This document shows positions 63,373 to 64,000 of a DNA stretch of 64,000 nucleotides, piece after piece. Source of the stretch: Clostridia bacterium (lineage in GTDB: Bacteria > Bacillota > Clostridia > Oscillospirales > Acutalibacteraceae); contig JAFYLF010000045.1 of assembly GCA_017537195.1 (NCBI GenBank), positions 951-64,950 of the forward strand. Direction: 5' to 3'. The notes below the pieces were generated by a model. The model was not told the DNA's origin. It was given only the letters and a program-made list of their open reading frames with translations, and made no database searches. Each line of letters starts with the position of its first letter. Position 1 is the first letter of the stretch. The position numbers and the translations under genes are program-made.

Positions 63373-63452
63373 CCTTTCAGCGTGCCAATAAAGAAGTTAC
63401 GACCTTTAGGTTGTGACTTCTTTATTTTTATTTTATAAGGGATTCGAACAAG
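63373..63452 (+). repeat. orphan copy of the tRNA-Arg 3' end + hairpin + downstream box module
   Basis: CCTTTCAGCGTGCCAAT (63373-63389) is identical to 63187-63203. It is followed by a hairpin of the same architecture but different sequence (63390-63423), ATTTTTAT, and AAGGGATTCGAACAAG (63437-63452), which is identical to 63256-63271. Confidence 0.85.
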
Positions 63453-63542
63453 TAATTATTTACTTTTAAACTTTCTTCTTGACAAAATAATAATTTCATT
63501 GTATTATTGTATTAAGCAATTGATACAGTGCGAGGTGGTAAG

Positions 63543-63908
63543 GTGACATTTTCTTTTGATAATAATATACCGATTTATGTTCAGCTTGTTGAACAAATCA
63601 AAATATATATAATTTCGGGTAAACTTTCAGCAGGGGAACGCCTGCCGTCTGTCAGAGATTTAGCGCTCAAATGTAAGGTAAACCCCAATACATTACAAAG
63701 GGCACTTTCCGAGTTGGAAGACTGTGGGCTTATTTTCACCGAGCGCACAAACGGGAAGTTTGTCACCGAAAACCAAGAGCTTATTGAAAAATATAAAAAA
63801 GAATACGCCGATGCGCTTTCGAAAAAGTTTATTGAGTCGATGGCTGATATCGGTTTTGACAGTGGATTGGCTATTAAATATCTTGAAGAGTTTGGAGGAA
63901 GAGATTAA
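63543..63908 (+). CDS. GntR family transcriptional regulator (YtrA subfamily)
   Basis: GTG at 63543 after GAGGTGG gives MTFSFDNNIPIYVQLVEQIKIYIISGKLSAGERLPSVRDLA, the typical YtrA-type winged HTH. Followed by an ABC ATPase gene. Confidence 0.8.
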   Translation: MTFSFDNNIPIYVQLVEQIKIYIISGKLSAGERLPSVRDLALKCKVNPNTLQRALSELEDCGLIFTERTNGKFVTENQELIEKYKKEYADALSKKFIESMADIGFDSGLAIKYLEEFGGRD

Positions 63909-64000
63909 TGGAACTGTTAAAATGTGTTGATTTGTGTAAAAATTACGGAAGCAAAAAAGTTTTAAAGAATGTTAATTTAACAATACCTAAGGGCAAGATT
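63908..64000 (+). CDS. ABC transporter ATP-binding protein (5' fragment, runs off the window)
   Basis: The ATG overlaps the GntR stop (TAATG). MELLKCVDLCKNYGSKKVLKNVNLTIPKGKI is a typical ABC ATPase N-terminus leading into Walker A. Confidence 0.8.
   Translation, partial: MELLKCVDLCKNYGSKKVLKNVNLTIPKGKI

Overview
AT-rich chromosomal segment from a spore-forming Firmicute (class Clostridia). This is supported by spoIIAA-spoIIAB-sigF, T-box and TPP leaders, GGAGG ribosome-binding sites and frequent TTG/GTG starts. A choloylglycine hydrolase hints at a gut origin. The right two thirds (about 29-59 kb) is conserved housekeeping: a ParE/ParC-like type IIA topoisomerase pair, valS, folC, the sigF operon, pth-mfd, T-box-controlled thrS, a D-Ala-D-Ala carboxypeptidase, rimP-nusA-ylxR-L7Ae-infB-rbfA-nrnA-truB-ribF. 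The left third (0.4-28 kb) is accessory or metabolic. It holds a bile-salt-hydrolase-like Ntn hydrolase, rhaBAD with an AraC regulator, riboswitch-controlled thiT, a lipoprotein/XRE cluster, tRNA-Tyr and tRNA-Thr, a TAXI-TRAP transporter, and a glycyl-radical-enzyme locus. The right end carries a sortase B - LCP - SPQTN surface-protein module, tRNA-Arg and the start of a GntR-ABC operon. No transposase, integrase, CRISPR array or recognisable defence genes are present. The most interesting items are listed here. (1) An unusually short (661 aa) glycyl radical enzyme has an SGNH hydrolase gene wedged between it and its activase, next to a divergent AraC regulator and a beta-helix protein. (2) The 3' ends of both tRNA-Thr and tRNA-Arg are duplicated together with their downstream flank, each time around a roughly 100-nt hairpin-rich insert that is GC-richer than its surroundings. 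(3) A roughly 120-nt terminator-linked repeat occurs in inverted copies at 0.45 and 15.4 kb. (4) mfd is broken by a 1-nt deletion inside its Walker A codons. (5) A zinc-ribbon/PASTA protein has a kinase domain lacking the catalytic Asp and the DFG motif. (6) The ParE-like subunit has a Toprim DxD to D-A-Y change. (7) Six to seven unrelated perfect hairpins are packed into the truB-ribF spacer. All functional calls come from reading the translations and motifs by eye, since no database search was possible.
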